Positions 19,277 through 29,274 are shown, counted from the stretch's first letter. The stretch: 64,000 nucleotides of DNA from Candidatus Saccharimonadota bacterium (GCA_024635455.1 JAGXIU010000003.1:3966-67965), one strand, 5' to 3'. The notes: a model not told the origin generated them from the letters alone. Numbers and translations are program-made.

Positions 19277-20164
19277 CTATTCTCCTGGGTGGTATTCTTT
19301 GATATATCCAACGAGTAAACTAAGCGCACCGACTGCTTGTTCAGTTTGAGGTTTAGTACGCTCTGCTTCATGGAGGAAGTCGGTTTTTTCTGCTGGGGTT
19401 GCGTGGAGCAGGGTGTTGCCAATATGAGCTATGAGTTCGTTTCTTCTTGGTGAGTCTGGATATTCCATTAGTAATTCGAGGTCGGTACGTCGCTGCTGGA
19501 CCAGCTGACCCTCTGGCTTTGTATCGCCGGCCATAATCTGCGCCCGCAAGAGGAGGTCCTCGCGCCAGATATCTATGGTGGACTGCAGTCTTTCTGCGAT
19601 ATCGGGGTCATCTTGATGCATGTGTAAAATATGGTTCTTTACTTCTGTACTACGATGGTCGAAACTGTTGACGCTGTTGTCTCTAGCCACATCTTCAGGT
19701 ATAGAGAAAAATATTTCATCAAGTAAGTCACGAGTTTCATGTTCATCAAAGTCTAGGTATTTTATAAAATCACTCGGCAAACCAGATTTATGGAGAATCT
19801 TAGAAGTAATTTCTTGCTTACCTTTTCTGCGGGCTGCTTCATAGGCTTCTGAACCGATAACGTTATTACAAAGACCTCCTTCCGTATTTGCAGAGTATAG
19901 CTCTGTATAACGTTCCTCCATGAGTTCATGGGTGAGGGGATCCGTATATTCATCAAGTGGTCTTGTCTCTGGTATAGCAATTCGTTGGCCTGTATTATTT
20001 TTGGCCTCAGGTGCACGGCGGTTCACGTTCTCTTCTACGAGGCTATCTAGCTGCGGCGGTCGTGATCCATCTGTCATCTCAACCAATTCACCAGAGATTA
20101 CTTTCGGCGCTTTGGGTTCTGTAAGATCAATTAGCGTACCGCGGGGAAAAAATTCTGAACTCAT
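19277..20164 (-). CDS. Hypothetical protein
   Basis: 295-aa ORF, no family recognised. Confidence 0.6.
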   Translation of the reverse strand: MSSEFFPRGTLIDLTEPKAPKVISGELVEMTDGSRPPQLDSLVEENVNRRAPEAKNNTGQRIAIPETRPLDEYTDPLTHELMEERYTELYSANTEGGLCNNVIGSEAYEAARRKGKQEITSKILHKSGLPSDFIKYLDFDEHETRDLLDEIFFSIPEDVARDNSVNSFDHRSTEVKNHILHMHQDDPDIAERLQSTIDIWREDLLLRAQIMAGDTKPEGQLVQQRRTDLELLMEYPDSPRRNELIAHIGNTLLHATPAEKTDFLHEAERTKPQTEQAVGALSLLVGYIKEYHPGE

Positions 20165-20374
20165 AAATTAAAAAGACCTGCTACTAGCAGGGCCTCCATG
20201 GATAATATTTGTTTCGTGGGGGTCGACCGTTTTATTTTGGTCTGTGTTACGCGTTTGTTTCATAGTTTTATTGAACTATGACTATAAGTAATACTCTCCT
20301 AATTATCTCGTGTCAATGCCAACTTTGTCACACAAAAATAGGATTGCCAATATCTAAAATGCTATGATAGCCCT

Positions 20375-21043
20375 ATGCCAAAAGTTAATCTACCAGCCTG
20401 GAAGCGTAAAAAACAGGCTAAGAAACGCAACAATGTTTACGCATTTATCGATAGTCAAAACTTAAATGTCGGCACGCAACGAGTTGGCTGGAAGATGGAC
20501 TGGAAAAAGTTCCGCCAGTACCTCCAGGACGAGCAGGGTGTTACTGAGGCCTTTATGTTTATCGGCTATATGCCAGAGTTTGAAGACCTTTATATGCAAA
20601 TGCACGAGGCTGGATATAAGGTAGTGCTAAAGACAACCTATGACTTAACACGCCCGCACCCAGAGATGCAGCCCGATGACGAGACAGCCAAGAAAGAGTC
20701 CGAACATAAGAAGGACGGCAAAAAAAGTGAGGAAGAAGATAAGCACATCAAGGGCAATATTGATGCCGATTTAGTGCTGTGGGCAATGAAAGAAATACCA
20801 AACTACGATAAGGCGATATTAGTCTCAGGGGATGGTGATTTCTACGCACTGATTGAATATTTAGAAAAGCAAGACAAGCTAAAGCACATCATGACCCCAA
20901 ATTCACACTATTCTAGTCTATTCAATGCATTTGATACGTATGTAGTTCGTCTTGACAAGCTCCGCAGTAAGCTTGCTTACAGGGATAAACGACGCCGAAA
21001 ACAAGGGTCTCGGAACAATAATCAAAACAACAAAAAAAGCTAA
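20375..21043 (+). CDS. NYN/LabA (PIN-like) domain protein
   Basis: AFIDSQNL, KGNIDADL, ILVSGDGDF. Confidence 0.9.
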   Translation: MPKVNLPAWKRKKQAKKRNNVYAFIDSQNLNVGTQRVGWKMDWKKFRQYLQDEQGVTEAFMFIGYMPEFEDLYMQMHEAGYKVVLKTTYDLTRPHPEMQPDDETAKKESEHKKDGKKSEEEDKHIKGNIDADLVLWAMKEIPNYDKAILVSGDGDFYALIEYLEKQDKLKHIMTPNSHYSSLFNAFDTYVVRLDKLRSKLAYRDKRRRKQGSRNNNQNNKKS

Positions 21044-21063
21044 GCCTTGCTATACTGCCTGAC

Positions 21064-22329
21064 ATGAAAGAAGACAAAAACCTAGATGTATTTCCGGACC
21101 AGTTCTTTTGGGGAGCAAGTACTGCCAGTCATCAAGTTGAAGGCGGCAATGCAAACCAGTGGTCTGCATGGGAGCTTGAGTATGCCAAAGAGTTAGCTCA
21201 AACAGCACATACTCGCTTATCATATTTGCCAAACTGGAATGATATAAAGCAGCAAGCACAAGACCCAGATAACTACGTATCAGGTAAAGGTATTGAGCAC
21301 TATAGGCGTTTTGAGGAAGACTTTGAATTACTAGATCAGTTGAACATGAATTCTTTTCGCTTTGGTGTCGAATGGTCACGTTTAGAGCCCGAGGAAGGCA
21401 AGTGGAATAGTGAAGCCTTCGCTCATTATAAGCGTTATATCGCCCAGCTACGTAAGCGAGGCATTGAGCCATTCTTGAACATTTGGCATTGGACAGTACC
21501 GGTCTGGTTCGCAGAAAAAGGCGGGTTTGAGAAGCGAGCTAACCTTATTTACTTTGATAGGTTTGTGCAGAAGCTAACTGAAGAGTTGCTGGAGGACGTA
21601 ACTTATGTCATAACCCTTAATGAGCCAAACGTCTACGCTAGTTTTAGCTACTTAACTGGGGAGTGGCCGCCGCAAAAAAAGAACCCAATAATGTTCATGA
21701 AGGTATACTGGAACTTAACGAGGGCTCATCGCAGAGCATATCGGATATTAAAAAAGGCTAAACCGAGCTTACAAATTGGGCTGGCGGCACAACTAGCTAA
21801 CATGCAGGCGAAGCGACCTCACAGTGTTTTGGACGGCGTATCAACAAAATGGATGCGTTATTTCTGGAACTGGTGGTTTTTGAACCGAGTGCGTCGGTAC
21901 CAGGACTTCGTAGGTTTTAACTATTACTTTACTGATTACTTCACAGGGCTTATGAAACGAAGTAACCCAGATGTACCCGTAAGCGACCTAGGCTGGTATA
22001 TGGAGCCAGAGGGTTTGTATCCAATTTTGCTGCGGTTATGGTCGCATTATAAAAAGCCAATTTTTGTAACCGAAAATGGCGTCGCAGACAAAGATGATCA
22101 ATACCGCCGCTGGTGGATTGAGGAGACAATTGTTGCTATGGAAAGAGCAATCAGTGAAGGGGTCGATATTCGCGGCTATTTCTATTGGAGCTTGCTTGAT
22201 AATTTTGAGTGGAAATACGGTTGGTGGCCGAAGTTCGGGCTCGTGGCAGTCGACCGTGAGCATGATATGAAGCGGACGATACGACCAAGTGCGAAATGGT
22301 TCGCCGAGAAGATAAAGAATATATCCTAG
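21064..22329 (+). CDS. Glycoside hydrolase family 1 (beta-glucosidase)
   Basis: FFWGASTASHQVEG, TLNEP, FVTENG, YFYWSLLDNFEW. Confidence 0.95.
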   Translation: MKEDKNLDVFPDQFFWGASTASHQVEGGNANQWSAWELEYAKELAQTAHTRLSYLPNWNDIKQQAQDPDNYVSGKGIEHYRRFEEDFELLDQLNMNSFRFGVEWSRLEPEEGKWNSEAFAHYKRYIAQLRKRGIEPFLNIWHWTVPVWFAEKGGFEKRANLIYFDRFVQKLTEELLEDVTYVITLNEPNVYASFSYLTGEWPPQKKNPIMFMKVYWNLTRAHRRAYRILKKAKPSLQIGLAAQLANMQAKRPHSVLDGVSTKWMRYFWNWWFLNRVRRYQDFVGFNYYFTDYFTGLMKRSNPDVPVSDLGWYMEPEGLYPILLRLWSHYKKPIFVTENGVADKDDQYRRWWIEETIVAMERAISEGVDIRGYFYWSLLDNFEWKYGWWPKFGLVAVDREHDMKRTIRPSAKWFAEKIKNIS

Positions 22330-22409
22330 CAGGTATATTTTGAGCCTTATCTGACGGGTACTATTATTTTGATAGCAATTCCTAAAACTATCCTGCTAGA
22401 GTGCTATAT

Positions 22410-23414
22410 ATGAGCTCTTTTGAAAAGTCAGATAAAAAACTGGTGGTAATTGGCGGTGGTACCGGCAGCTTTGAGCTGCTCAGCGAACTGAAGCATCACT
22501 TTCGTGACATTACTGCACTTGTAAACATGGTAGATGACGGCGGTTCAACCGGTGTCCTCCGAGACGAGCTTGGCGTCTTACCGCCCGGTGATGTTCGTCA
22601 GTGCTTAGTCGCTTTGAGTGATGCTCCGGAAAAACTGCGCCGGTTATTTAACTTTCGCTTTGCGCAGGGGACGTTTGCCGGACATTCTTTTGGTAATATC
22701 TTCCTCAGTGCAGTAGAACGTATGACCGATAGCTTTGATGAAGCGGTTACGATGACGAGCGATATCCTGAAAATCCACGGCAGGGTACTACCCATGACGG
22801 TTGATAATTGCCAGCTTCAGATGAAAGTTGATGGCAAAGTTATATCAGGTGAGTCAGCTATCAGCAATTCGGCTATACCGGCGCACGCCAAGCCGGATAT
22901 ATGGATAAAGCCACCAGCTAGTATGACGCCACTGGCACGAGATGCGCTTGAGGCGGCTGACATGATTGTTATAGCACCAGGAAATCTTTATTGTTCGTTG
23001 ATACCGTCCTTATTAGTTGACGGTGTAGCCGAGTGCTTGATCTCCGCGAAAGCAGAACTTGTTTATGTAGCTAACCTCGTAAATAAGCCGAATCATACCC
23101 AAGATTTTACAGTTGTAGATTATACAGAGGAACTGGAGCGTTTTATTGGTGCAAAACGCATAGATACGGTGTTGTATAACACTGACGCGCCAGATGAGAG
23201 GCTTATGAAGCGTTACGCTCTCGAAGGAGAATACCCTATACGAACAGATAAAAAGAGCATAACCGGCAAACACTTCACAGCCATTGGCGGGGCGTTTTTG
23301 CGGCAAGGTAATATTGAGCAAAGTAAGAATGACACGCGGATACCGAGGTCCTACATCCGCCACGATGGTTCGGCGGTAGCCAAAGCACTCAGGAAACGCA
23401 TTGATAAACAATAA
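22410..23414 (+). CDS. YvcK/GlmR (CofD-like) family protein
   Basis: VIGGGTG, DDGGSTGVLRDELGVLPPGDVRQCL, GHSFGN, PGNLY, IRHD. Confidence 0.92.
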   Translation: MSSFEKSDKKLVVIGGGTGSFELLSELKHHFRDITALVNMVDDGGSTGVLRDELGVLPPGDVRQCLVALSDAPEKLRRLFNFRFAQGTFAGHSFGNIFLSAVERMTDSFDEAVTMTSDILKIHGRVLPMTVDNCQLQMKVDGKVISGESAISNSAIPAHAKPDIWIKPPASMTPLARDALEAADMIVIAPGNLYCSLIPSLLVDGVAECLISAKAELVYVANLVNKPNHTQDFTVVDYTEELERFIGAKRIDTVLYNTDAPDERLMKRYALEGEYPIRTDKKSITGKHFTAIGGAFLRQGNIEQSKNDTRIPRSYIRHDGSAVAKALRKRIDKQ

Positions 23415-23456
23415 ACTAACATTGACAAATAAGCACGCTTATGCTAATATAGAATC

Positions 23457-23723
23457 ATGAATAACAAGCCCGAAAAAAACAATCAAGATATTCCAACTAA
23501 AAAACCAGTCCTCGACTCTAGTGAAGAAATTTCTCTAGACACAGAAGCCGGCACCATTAATCCTGAAGGCGCACCAAATGCCGAATTATTTAAAACGGAA
23601 GATGGACAGGTTAACCCGCAGCACGACGAATCAATTGACGGATATGAAGGTACCAACTACGGCATTCAGAATCCCGAACAAACTGAAGTATCTGACGTGC
23701 TAAAGGAGGAGAGACATGTCTGA
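23457..23723 (+). CDS. Small acidic hypothetical protein
   Basis: TTGACA-17-TAATAT promoter 6 nt upstream; overlaps the next gene. Confidence 0.55.
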   Translation: MNNKPEKNNQDIPTKKPVLDSSEEISLDTEAGTINPEGAPNAELFKTEDGQVNPQHDESIDGYEGTNYGIQNPEQTEVSDVLKEERHV

Positions 23724-24060
23724 ATTAAAACGAAACGTACCAGAAAAACGACCTAAACATAGCCTTTCTACGAAAATTGCCGCTGGGGCGCTTGTTCTTG
23801 GAGCAGGCTTGGGTGCGCATAATGTCTACACAGATATTCGTGAGCTGAGTGAAAACCCAATAGAATACGGTGATGAGGATAACAATACATACGTTGTAGA
23901 GCCGGGCGATACTCCTTGGACGATTGCTCGTAATTACTGGGGTGAGGAGAAAGATATCCGTCCGCTGGTCCATGGTATTACCGAGCAAATAGATATGCGT
24001 GGTAAGGATTTCTTGATGCCTGGTGATGTTATCGAGCTACCTCCTATAGACGCCGAATAG
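23716..24060 (+). CDS. LysM peptidoglycan-binding protein with N-terminal anchor
   Basis: YVVEPGDTPWTIAR...LMPGDVIELP; AGGAGG RBS. Confidence 0.85.
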   Translation: MSELKRNVPEKRPKHSLSTKIAAGALVLGAGLGAHNVYTDIRELSENPIEYGDEDNNTYVVEPGDTPWTIARNYWGEEKDIRPLVHGITEQIDMRGKDFLMPGDVIELPPIDAE

Positions 24061-24320
24061 AAACGGCAATCGTTTTACGTTGGGCGCGTACACATAAGTT
24101 TAAGAGCTTATCGTATAAAAACACTTGATCACTCGACTGAGACGATGTTTATGGCCAGAATATCTGCTACGTAGTAAAACGCTGAATTAAGTACATGAAA
24201 ATTGTGCTTTCGGCTGTTTAATTAATGACGCTAACTCGTTATTGGTATTCGTTGTATTGCAATTATTGTTGTATTGTTGTATTGTAAGTACAATAAATAA
24301 TAAGAGGAAATGTAAATGCT

Positions 24321-25031
24321 ATGAGCAAACGTGCCAAAGCTGAATCAGATAAATCACTACATGAACAATCAGAGCCTAAAAAACCCAATCATCGACTTAG
24401 ACAGGCTGTAGCAGCCACCGCTTTGTTGGCGACCGCAGGAGGGGTATTTGGTAGTTTCAGAGTAGTAGATAACTTTTGGTTTAAACCAGATAGGGAGCGA
24501 AACGCGGAGGAGGCAACACTGTTCGAGGAGGTACGCAGTGGCGAGCGAGCAATTGAGGTCGAAGATGCATTAGTAGTGCTGCGTTCTGGAGTACAGTTGC
24601 GGGAGACACCACATATGGCATCAGCATCGTTTGGCAGAAATAATGAGGTGAGAGAGATTAGAGATGGAGAAAATATAGTCATTGACTATCCATTAGCTTA
24701 CACAGACGAAGTCAATCATACTTGGTACGGATTTAGCCTAGAAACTTCCATCGATGAAATCGTTGATAACGCAGACGAGCCAGCTGTCTCCGCTGACGCA
24801 ATTAGCGATAATACGCTATGGGTAAACGCTACAGCGCTAAATGGCCAACAAACAGCCGATGAATTACCGTATATAGAAATTCTTTTTCCTGGGGGTGGAG
24901 ATAACCCACTTGTAAATATAGACTCACGTGGGAACATTACAAACGGAGAAGATACAGAGACACCAATAGCAGTAGCAAGAGAAATAGACGATGATGTTGC
25001 GGAGTTTTTCATTCGTTCATACAGACGTTAA
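24321..25031 (+). CDS. Membrane-anchored acidic hypothetical protein
   Basis: N-terminal hydrophobic segment; possible SH3-like LRETP...WY. Confidence 0.6.
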   Translation: MSKRAKAESDKSLHEQSEPKKPNHRLRQAVAATALLATAGGVFGSFRVVDNFWFKPDRERNAEEATLFEEVRSGERAIEVEDALVVLRSGVQLRETPHMASASFGRNNEVREIRDGENIVIDYPLAYTDEVNHTWYGFSLETSIDEIVDNADEPAVSADAISDNTLWVNATALNGQQTADELPYIEILFPGGGDNPLVNIDSRGNITNGEDTETPIAVAREIDDDVAEFFIRSYRR

Positions 25032-25058
25032 CAATTTCTAGCGCTGAGCGATGCAACT

Positions 25059-25092
25059 AATCCACCACATGTAGTGGTGGATTTTTTATTTT
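25059..25092 (+). terminator. Intrinsic terminator
   Basis: AATCCACCAC-ATGTA-GTGGTGGATT followed by a T tract. Confidence 0.85.
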
Positions 25093-25145
25093 CTTATTCC
25101 TGTGGATAAGTCATGTGGTTTATAGATAGAAACTATAAAAAAGAC

Positions 25146-25199
25146 TTGCATGTGGGTATAGGTGGGTAGTATGCTGGTGTTAGTGGGTAATCGTGGGTA
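25146..25199 (+). promoter_or_regulatory. mraZ promoter with MraZ-binding direct repeats
   Basis: GTGGGTA at 25152, 25162, 25183 and 25193 (~10-bp phasing) overlapping TTGCAT/TATGCT; matches known (G)TGGG MraZ boxes. Confidence 0.8.
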
Positions 25200-25262
25200 A
25201 GCCAAAACAGCCTACCGAACGACAAAAATAAAAACCACTGTAATTTAAACTATCAAATATAT

Positions 25263-25622
25263 ATGGCCACACTAGACTACTTCGAACGCAAGCTTGACAG
25301 CAAGCGACGGTTAACCATACCAGTCGAGCTTCGAGACGAACTTGCATCAGGGGTAGTAATCACTCGTGGGTTCCAGAAATACCTTCATCTTTACCCGAAG
25401 TCGGTATGGGATGAGCAGGTAGAAGCTAAGTTGAATGGAGATATTCTCGATGAGAGAATAGCTGACCTCAACGTTCAGTTTCGTACCGGCAAATCCGAAG
25501 GAGCTTTAGACGGGAAGCAGGGTCGCATCAGTATAGATCAACATTTGTTGGACTACGCTGGTATCGATCATTCATTAGTGGCAATCCGAGTTGGTCGCTA
25601 TTGGCGACTTGTCGCAGCATAG
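25263..25622 (+). CDS. mraZ: Transcriptional regulator MraZ
   Basis: LDSKRRLTIP and LDGKQGRISI repeats; first gene of the dcw cluster. Confidence 0.93.
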   Translation: MATLDYFERKLDSKRRLTIPVELRDELASGVVITRGFQKYLHLYPKSVWDEQVEAKLNGDILDERIADLNVQFRTGKSEGALDGKQGRISIDQHLLDYAGIDHSLVAIRVGRYWRLVAA

Positions 25623-25710
25623 CTTGAGTCCACGGATATTCTGAGTTTGGTAGTAGTTCGTTAAAAATTAAATATTAAACAGGTAGATAACAAAAGCAAC
25701 AAACGGCTCG

Positions 25711-25968
25711 AAGTTAGCTATCTGGCAGTCAACATGTGGCCGAAGGTAACCACACAAAAAACCTTTGTTCCTTACACTAAAACACCTCCCAAAACTCCAC
25801 CTCACACATAAGTCTCTCAAAACTTGATTGCAGAAGTAGAGGAAGTAGGGCATTCGAGGATTTTTAAAATCCTACAAGTAACTGTCCGCACATACGGCCT
25901 CACGGAAGCACTCACATAAAAACAAAAACGTATAAAAAACAAAAAGTTGACTGCTGGATAGGTGACTT
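25711..25968 (+). other. Structured intergenic RNA element between mraZ and rsmH
   Basis: 23-bp closing stem 25711-25733/25946-25968 (3 G-U pairs, 1 mismatch) enclosing several hairpins. Confidence 0.65.
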
Positions 25969-25989
25969 TGTAACAAAAACAAAAACAAT

Positions 25990-26934
25990 ATGCACCAAAA
26001 CCAAAACAAAAACACAAACAATCATATACCGGTATTGCTCGAAGAAGTACTGACATATCTAGACCCAAAGCAGGGCGAGGCATACCTCGATCTGACGGCT
26101 GGATACGGCGGACACGCCGAAGAGGTACTACGGCGAACTCAGGCTACTAACACAGCAGTGCTAGTAGACAGAGACGAGCAAGCGGTTGCACACTTGAAAA
26201 AGAAGTTTGCAAAAACTCCGCCAGAGATTCGTCATATGGATTTCTATGGAGCTAGTAAGCAGCTCAGTCAAGAGGAGAGAACATTTGATTGTATTTTGGC
26301 AGATTTGGGCCTATCGTCACCGCACCTTGACAAGGCGAGTCGTGGTTTTAGCATCCGCACCGATGCACCGCTCGATATGCGTATGGATCAACGCCAGACG
26401 CTGAGTGCAGAACTAGTTCTTAATACGTACGGCGAAGAAGAATTAGCTGACATACTGCACCAGTACGGCGAAGAGCCAAAAGCTCGAGCTATCGCACGGC
26501 GGATAGTCGCAAAACGACCACTCCATACTACGAAAGAATTGGCGGACCTAGCTTCGTCAGTTTGGCCGGGTAGAAGCAAACAGCATCCAGCCATTCGCAC
26601 CTTTCAGGCTATTCGTATAGCCGTGAACGATGAGATTGAGCAACTTAAAGCAGCAATGCCAGAGTGGATATCTATGCTTAAGCCAGGCGGTAGAATTGTG
26701 GTCATCAGTTTCCATAGCTTAGAAGATCGGGTTGTGAAGCAAACATTTGCCGAACACTCTAAACACCCATATGAGGCGGATCTTCAGCTTTTGACCAAAC
26801 GACCAGTAACCGCTCGTCACCATGAAATAGTTTTTAATCCGCGAGCACGTAGCGCAAAGCTACGAGCCGCAGCGAAAATAAAAATAAACAAAAATAGGAA
26901 GCATAAAAAGCTTCCAAATACGGAAAGGGGATAG
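25990..26934 (+). CDS. rsmH: 16S rRNA m4C1402 methyltransferase
   Basis: HIPVLL, DLTAGYGGHA, DLGLSS, LDMRMD, FQAIRIAVNDE, ISFHSLEDR, NPRARSAKLR. Confidence 0.97.
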   Translation: MHQNQNKNTNNHIPVLLEEVLTYLDPKQGEAYLDLTAGYGGHAEEVLRRTQATNTAVLVDRDEQAVAHLKKKFAKTPPEIRHMDFYGASKQLSQEERTFDCILADLGLSSPHLDKASRGFSIRTDAPLDMRMDQRQTLSAELVLNTYGEEELADILHQYGEEPKARAIARRIVAKRPLHTTKELADLASSVWPGRSKQHPAIRTFQAIRIAVNDEIEQLKAAMPEWISMLKPGGRIVVISFHSLEDRVVKQTFAEHSKHPYEADLQLLTKRPVTARHHEIVFNPRARSAKLRAAAKIKINKNRKHKKLPNTERG

Positions 26935-26940
26935 AGGATT

Positions 26941-27000
26941 ATGCCAATTCAGGTAAAAAACCTCTCCCGAGCTTACAAAGTACGCGTCCGCGTAATGTAG
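26941..27000 (+). CDS. Putative 19-aa small protein MPIQVKNLSRAYKVRVRVM
   Basis: Purine-rich RBS (GAAAGGGGATAGAGGA) before ATG; TAG-TAA double stop. Confidence 0.45.
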   Translation: MPIQVKNLSRAYKVRVRVM

Positions 27001-27094
27001 TAAGCGCATAGTGGTTAGCCTGGCGCTATGGTTTGGTTTCCATAATACAGCGCCAGGCTGCAACGCTCTGCAAAAACAAACACAGGTTAAACGT

Positions 27095-27439
27095 ATGACA
27101 TATTCAAGTTCATTAGCAGTAGGACGGCAACGTGCAATGGGGCGTAACAAAAACGTTACATCCTATAGAGCGCAAGCACGTACGATAGGTCCGGTTAGTA
27201 ATACCGTAATTATTGTTGTGCTCGTTTGCTTATTAGGGCTGTTGTATTTGTCTCAGGTGACCAAGACCAATGCCTACGGCTTTGAGATAGATAATCTAGA
27301 GACGCAACAATCACAGCTTATTAGTGAGTATCAAGAGCTAGAGCTGAACGCTGCTCGACTACAATCGGTAGATAGAGTCCAAAACAGTGGGGTAGCCCAA
27401 GGACTGGTTCCAGCTCAACCAAAATCTATCGTACAATAG
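27095..27439 (+). CDS. ftsL: Cell division protein FtsL-like
   Basis: Basic N-terminus, one TM helix, coiled coil; lies between rsmH and the PBP. Confidence 0.7.
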   Translation: MTYSSSLAVGRQRAMGRNKNVTSYRAQARTIGPVSNTVIIVVLVCLLGLLYLSQVTKTNAYGFEIDNLETQQSQLISEYQELELNAARLQSVDRVQNSGVAQGLVPAQPKSIVQ

Positions 27440-27489
27440 TAACAGCTGCTTGCTGTATCATTTGAATGCGCACAGTAAAATAAATATAT

Positions 27490-29274
27490 ATGTACGAAGA
27501 TAATACAAATCAGACGAATCCTATAGCACGTACCCGACTTTGGTATGTGTTTTTGTTATTGTTGTCATGTCTGGTATTAGTGCGTGTGTTTTATCTGCAA
27601 GTCATTCAGCACGATTACTATACAAGTGCGGCCCGTAGTGGTCAGTTCAAGGAATACGAAATTCCAGCTTCACGCGGCATCATAGAAGCGCACGACGGTG
27701 GTCGGGTCGTCCCAATTGTATTAAATGAACCAAAGTATACCTTATTTTTTGATCCACTTCATATAGAAGACTATCAAACAACTGCAGACACAATTCTAGC
27801 TGCAGTGCCGAGCATAGCTATCGATAGAGCTGATCTTTTAAGTATGATGCAACAAGATAGTCGTTACGTTATCGTCGCTAAGAAATTATCAGAAGAAAAA
27901 GCTGAGGAGCTTACAGCACTAGAGCTTCGGGGTGTAGGTTTACGTGAGGAGTCACAAAGAGCCTACCCACAGGGCGATTTAGCTGCTCAGGTGCTTGGAT
28001 TTGTGAATGACGAGGACCAAGGTGTCTACGGAGTGGAACAAGCTCTCAACGACGCATTGCGTGGTGTACCCGGCGAACTGCGGGCTGTGACAGACGCTCG
28101 CGGAGTTCCTCTGGCGGCCAATCCAGAGAACATTAGCGTTGAACCAAAGCAGGGAAGTCGAGTGCTGCTCACACTAGATGTCGGCTTACAAAAGCAACTT
28201 GAGGATATTTTAGAAAGTGGGCTCGAACATGCTGGCTCAGACACTGGCGGAGCGCTTATAATCGATGCCAATACAGGTGCAATAAAGGCTATGGCTAATT
28301 TACCGAGCTATAATCCAGCCCGCTTTACAGAAGTATCACAAGAAGAAAGTCACGTATTTACAAACGATCTGATTGCGTCCCCGCTAGAAATAGGGTCTAT
28401 CATGAAACCGTTTACGATGGCGGCAGCGTTGGACAGCGGAGTCGTGGATAAAAACACGACTTACTATGACCCGAATCAATTCACTATCGATGGGGCAACG
28501 ATTACAAACGTTGCAGAATCTAGCGGCGTTGGTATAAGGAGCATGGAAGATATTCTGCAGCTATCACTTAACACTGGTGCCACGTGGCTTCTGAAACAAA
28601 TGGGTGGCGGCGAGATTAATGAGCAAGCTCGTACGACATGGCATTCGTACATGACTGAGAAGTACTTTTTTGGAAGTAAGACAGGCATAGAGCAAGGTTA
28701 TGAAGCTACTGGCTCAGTACCATCGCCCGTGGACGGATTCGGGCTAAATATTCAATATGCCAACACTGCATTTGGGCAGGGTATGACTGCAACACCACTG
28801 CAGGCTGCCGCAGCGTTTGCAGCGATTGTGAATGGAGGCACATATTATCAGCCGAGGCTTGTCGATGCAGTATCTGATAATAGCGGTGGAAATACCCAGC
28901 TAATTGAGCCAGTTGTGAAGAAAGCCAACATTATTTCTCCAACTGCAAGTCGGGATACTCGAGATCTTCTCCTCAATGCATTCTCAATAAATTATCGAAC
29001 CTACGGTCTGGATGGATTACGAGAAGGGTACGATATTGGTGGAAAAACAGGAACTGCACAGGTGCCAAATCCTGAAGGAGGCTACTATGATTATCGATTC
29101 AACGGTACGTTTATTGGATTTGTCGAGGGACTCGACAAGACGTATGTCATAATAGCTCGAGTAGATGACCCCAGTATTGGTGGCTATGCAGGGTCGACAG
29201 CTGCCGGACCAATTTTTACACAGTTAGCCGAGGTCATGATTGACTCTTATGGCTTACAGCCCAAAGCCCAATAA
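27490..29274 (+). CDS. ftsI: Class B penicillin-binding protein (FtsI)
   Basis: PBP dimer domain, SIMK (SxxK), SLN (SxN), KTGTAQ. Confidence 0.93.
   Translation: MYEDNTNQTNPIARTRLWYVFLLLLSCLVLVRVFYLQVIQHDYYTSAARSGQFKEYEIPASRGIIEAHDGGRVVPIVLNEPKYTLFFDPLHIEDYQTTADTILAAVPSIAIDRADLLSMMQQDSRYVIVAKKLSEEKAEELTALELRGVGLREESQRAYPQGDLAAQVLGFVNDEDQGVYGVEQALNDALRGVPGELRAVTDARGVPLAANPENISVEPKQGSRVLLTLDVGLQKQLEDILESGLEHAGSDTGGALIIDANTGAIKAMANLPSYNPARFTEVSQEESHVFTNDLIASPLEIGSIMKPFTMAAALDSGVVDKNTTYYDPNQFTIDGATITNVAESSGVGIRSMEDILQLSLNTGATWLLKQMGGGEINEQARTTWHSYMTEKYFFGSKTGIEQGYEATGSVPSPVDGFGLNIQYANTAFGQGMTATPLQAAAAFAAIVNGGTYYQPRLVDAVSDNSGGNTQLIEPVVKKANIISPTASRDTRDLLLNAFSINYRTYGLDGLREGYDIGGKTGTAQVPNPEGGYYDYRFNGTFIGFVEGLDKTYVIIARVDDPSIGGYAGSTAAGPIFTQLAEVMIDSYGLQPKAQ

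Noticed and set aside
25668..26083. Minus-strand ORFs in the mraZ-rsmH gap
   Set aside because: Low-complexity F/C-rich translations of A-rich tracts, antisense to the operon.
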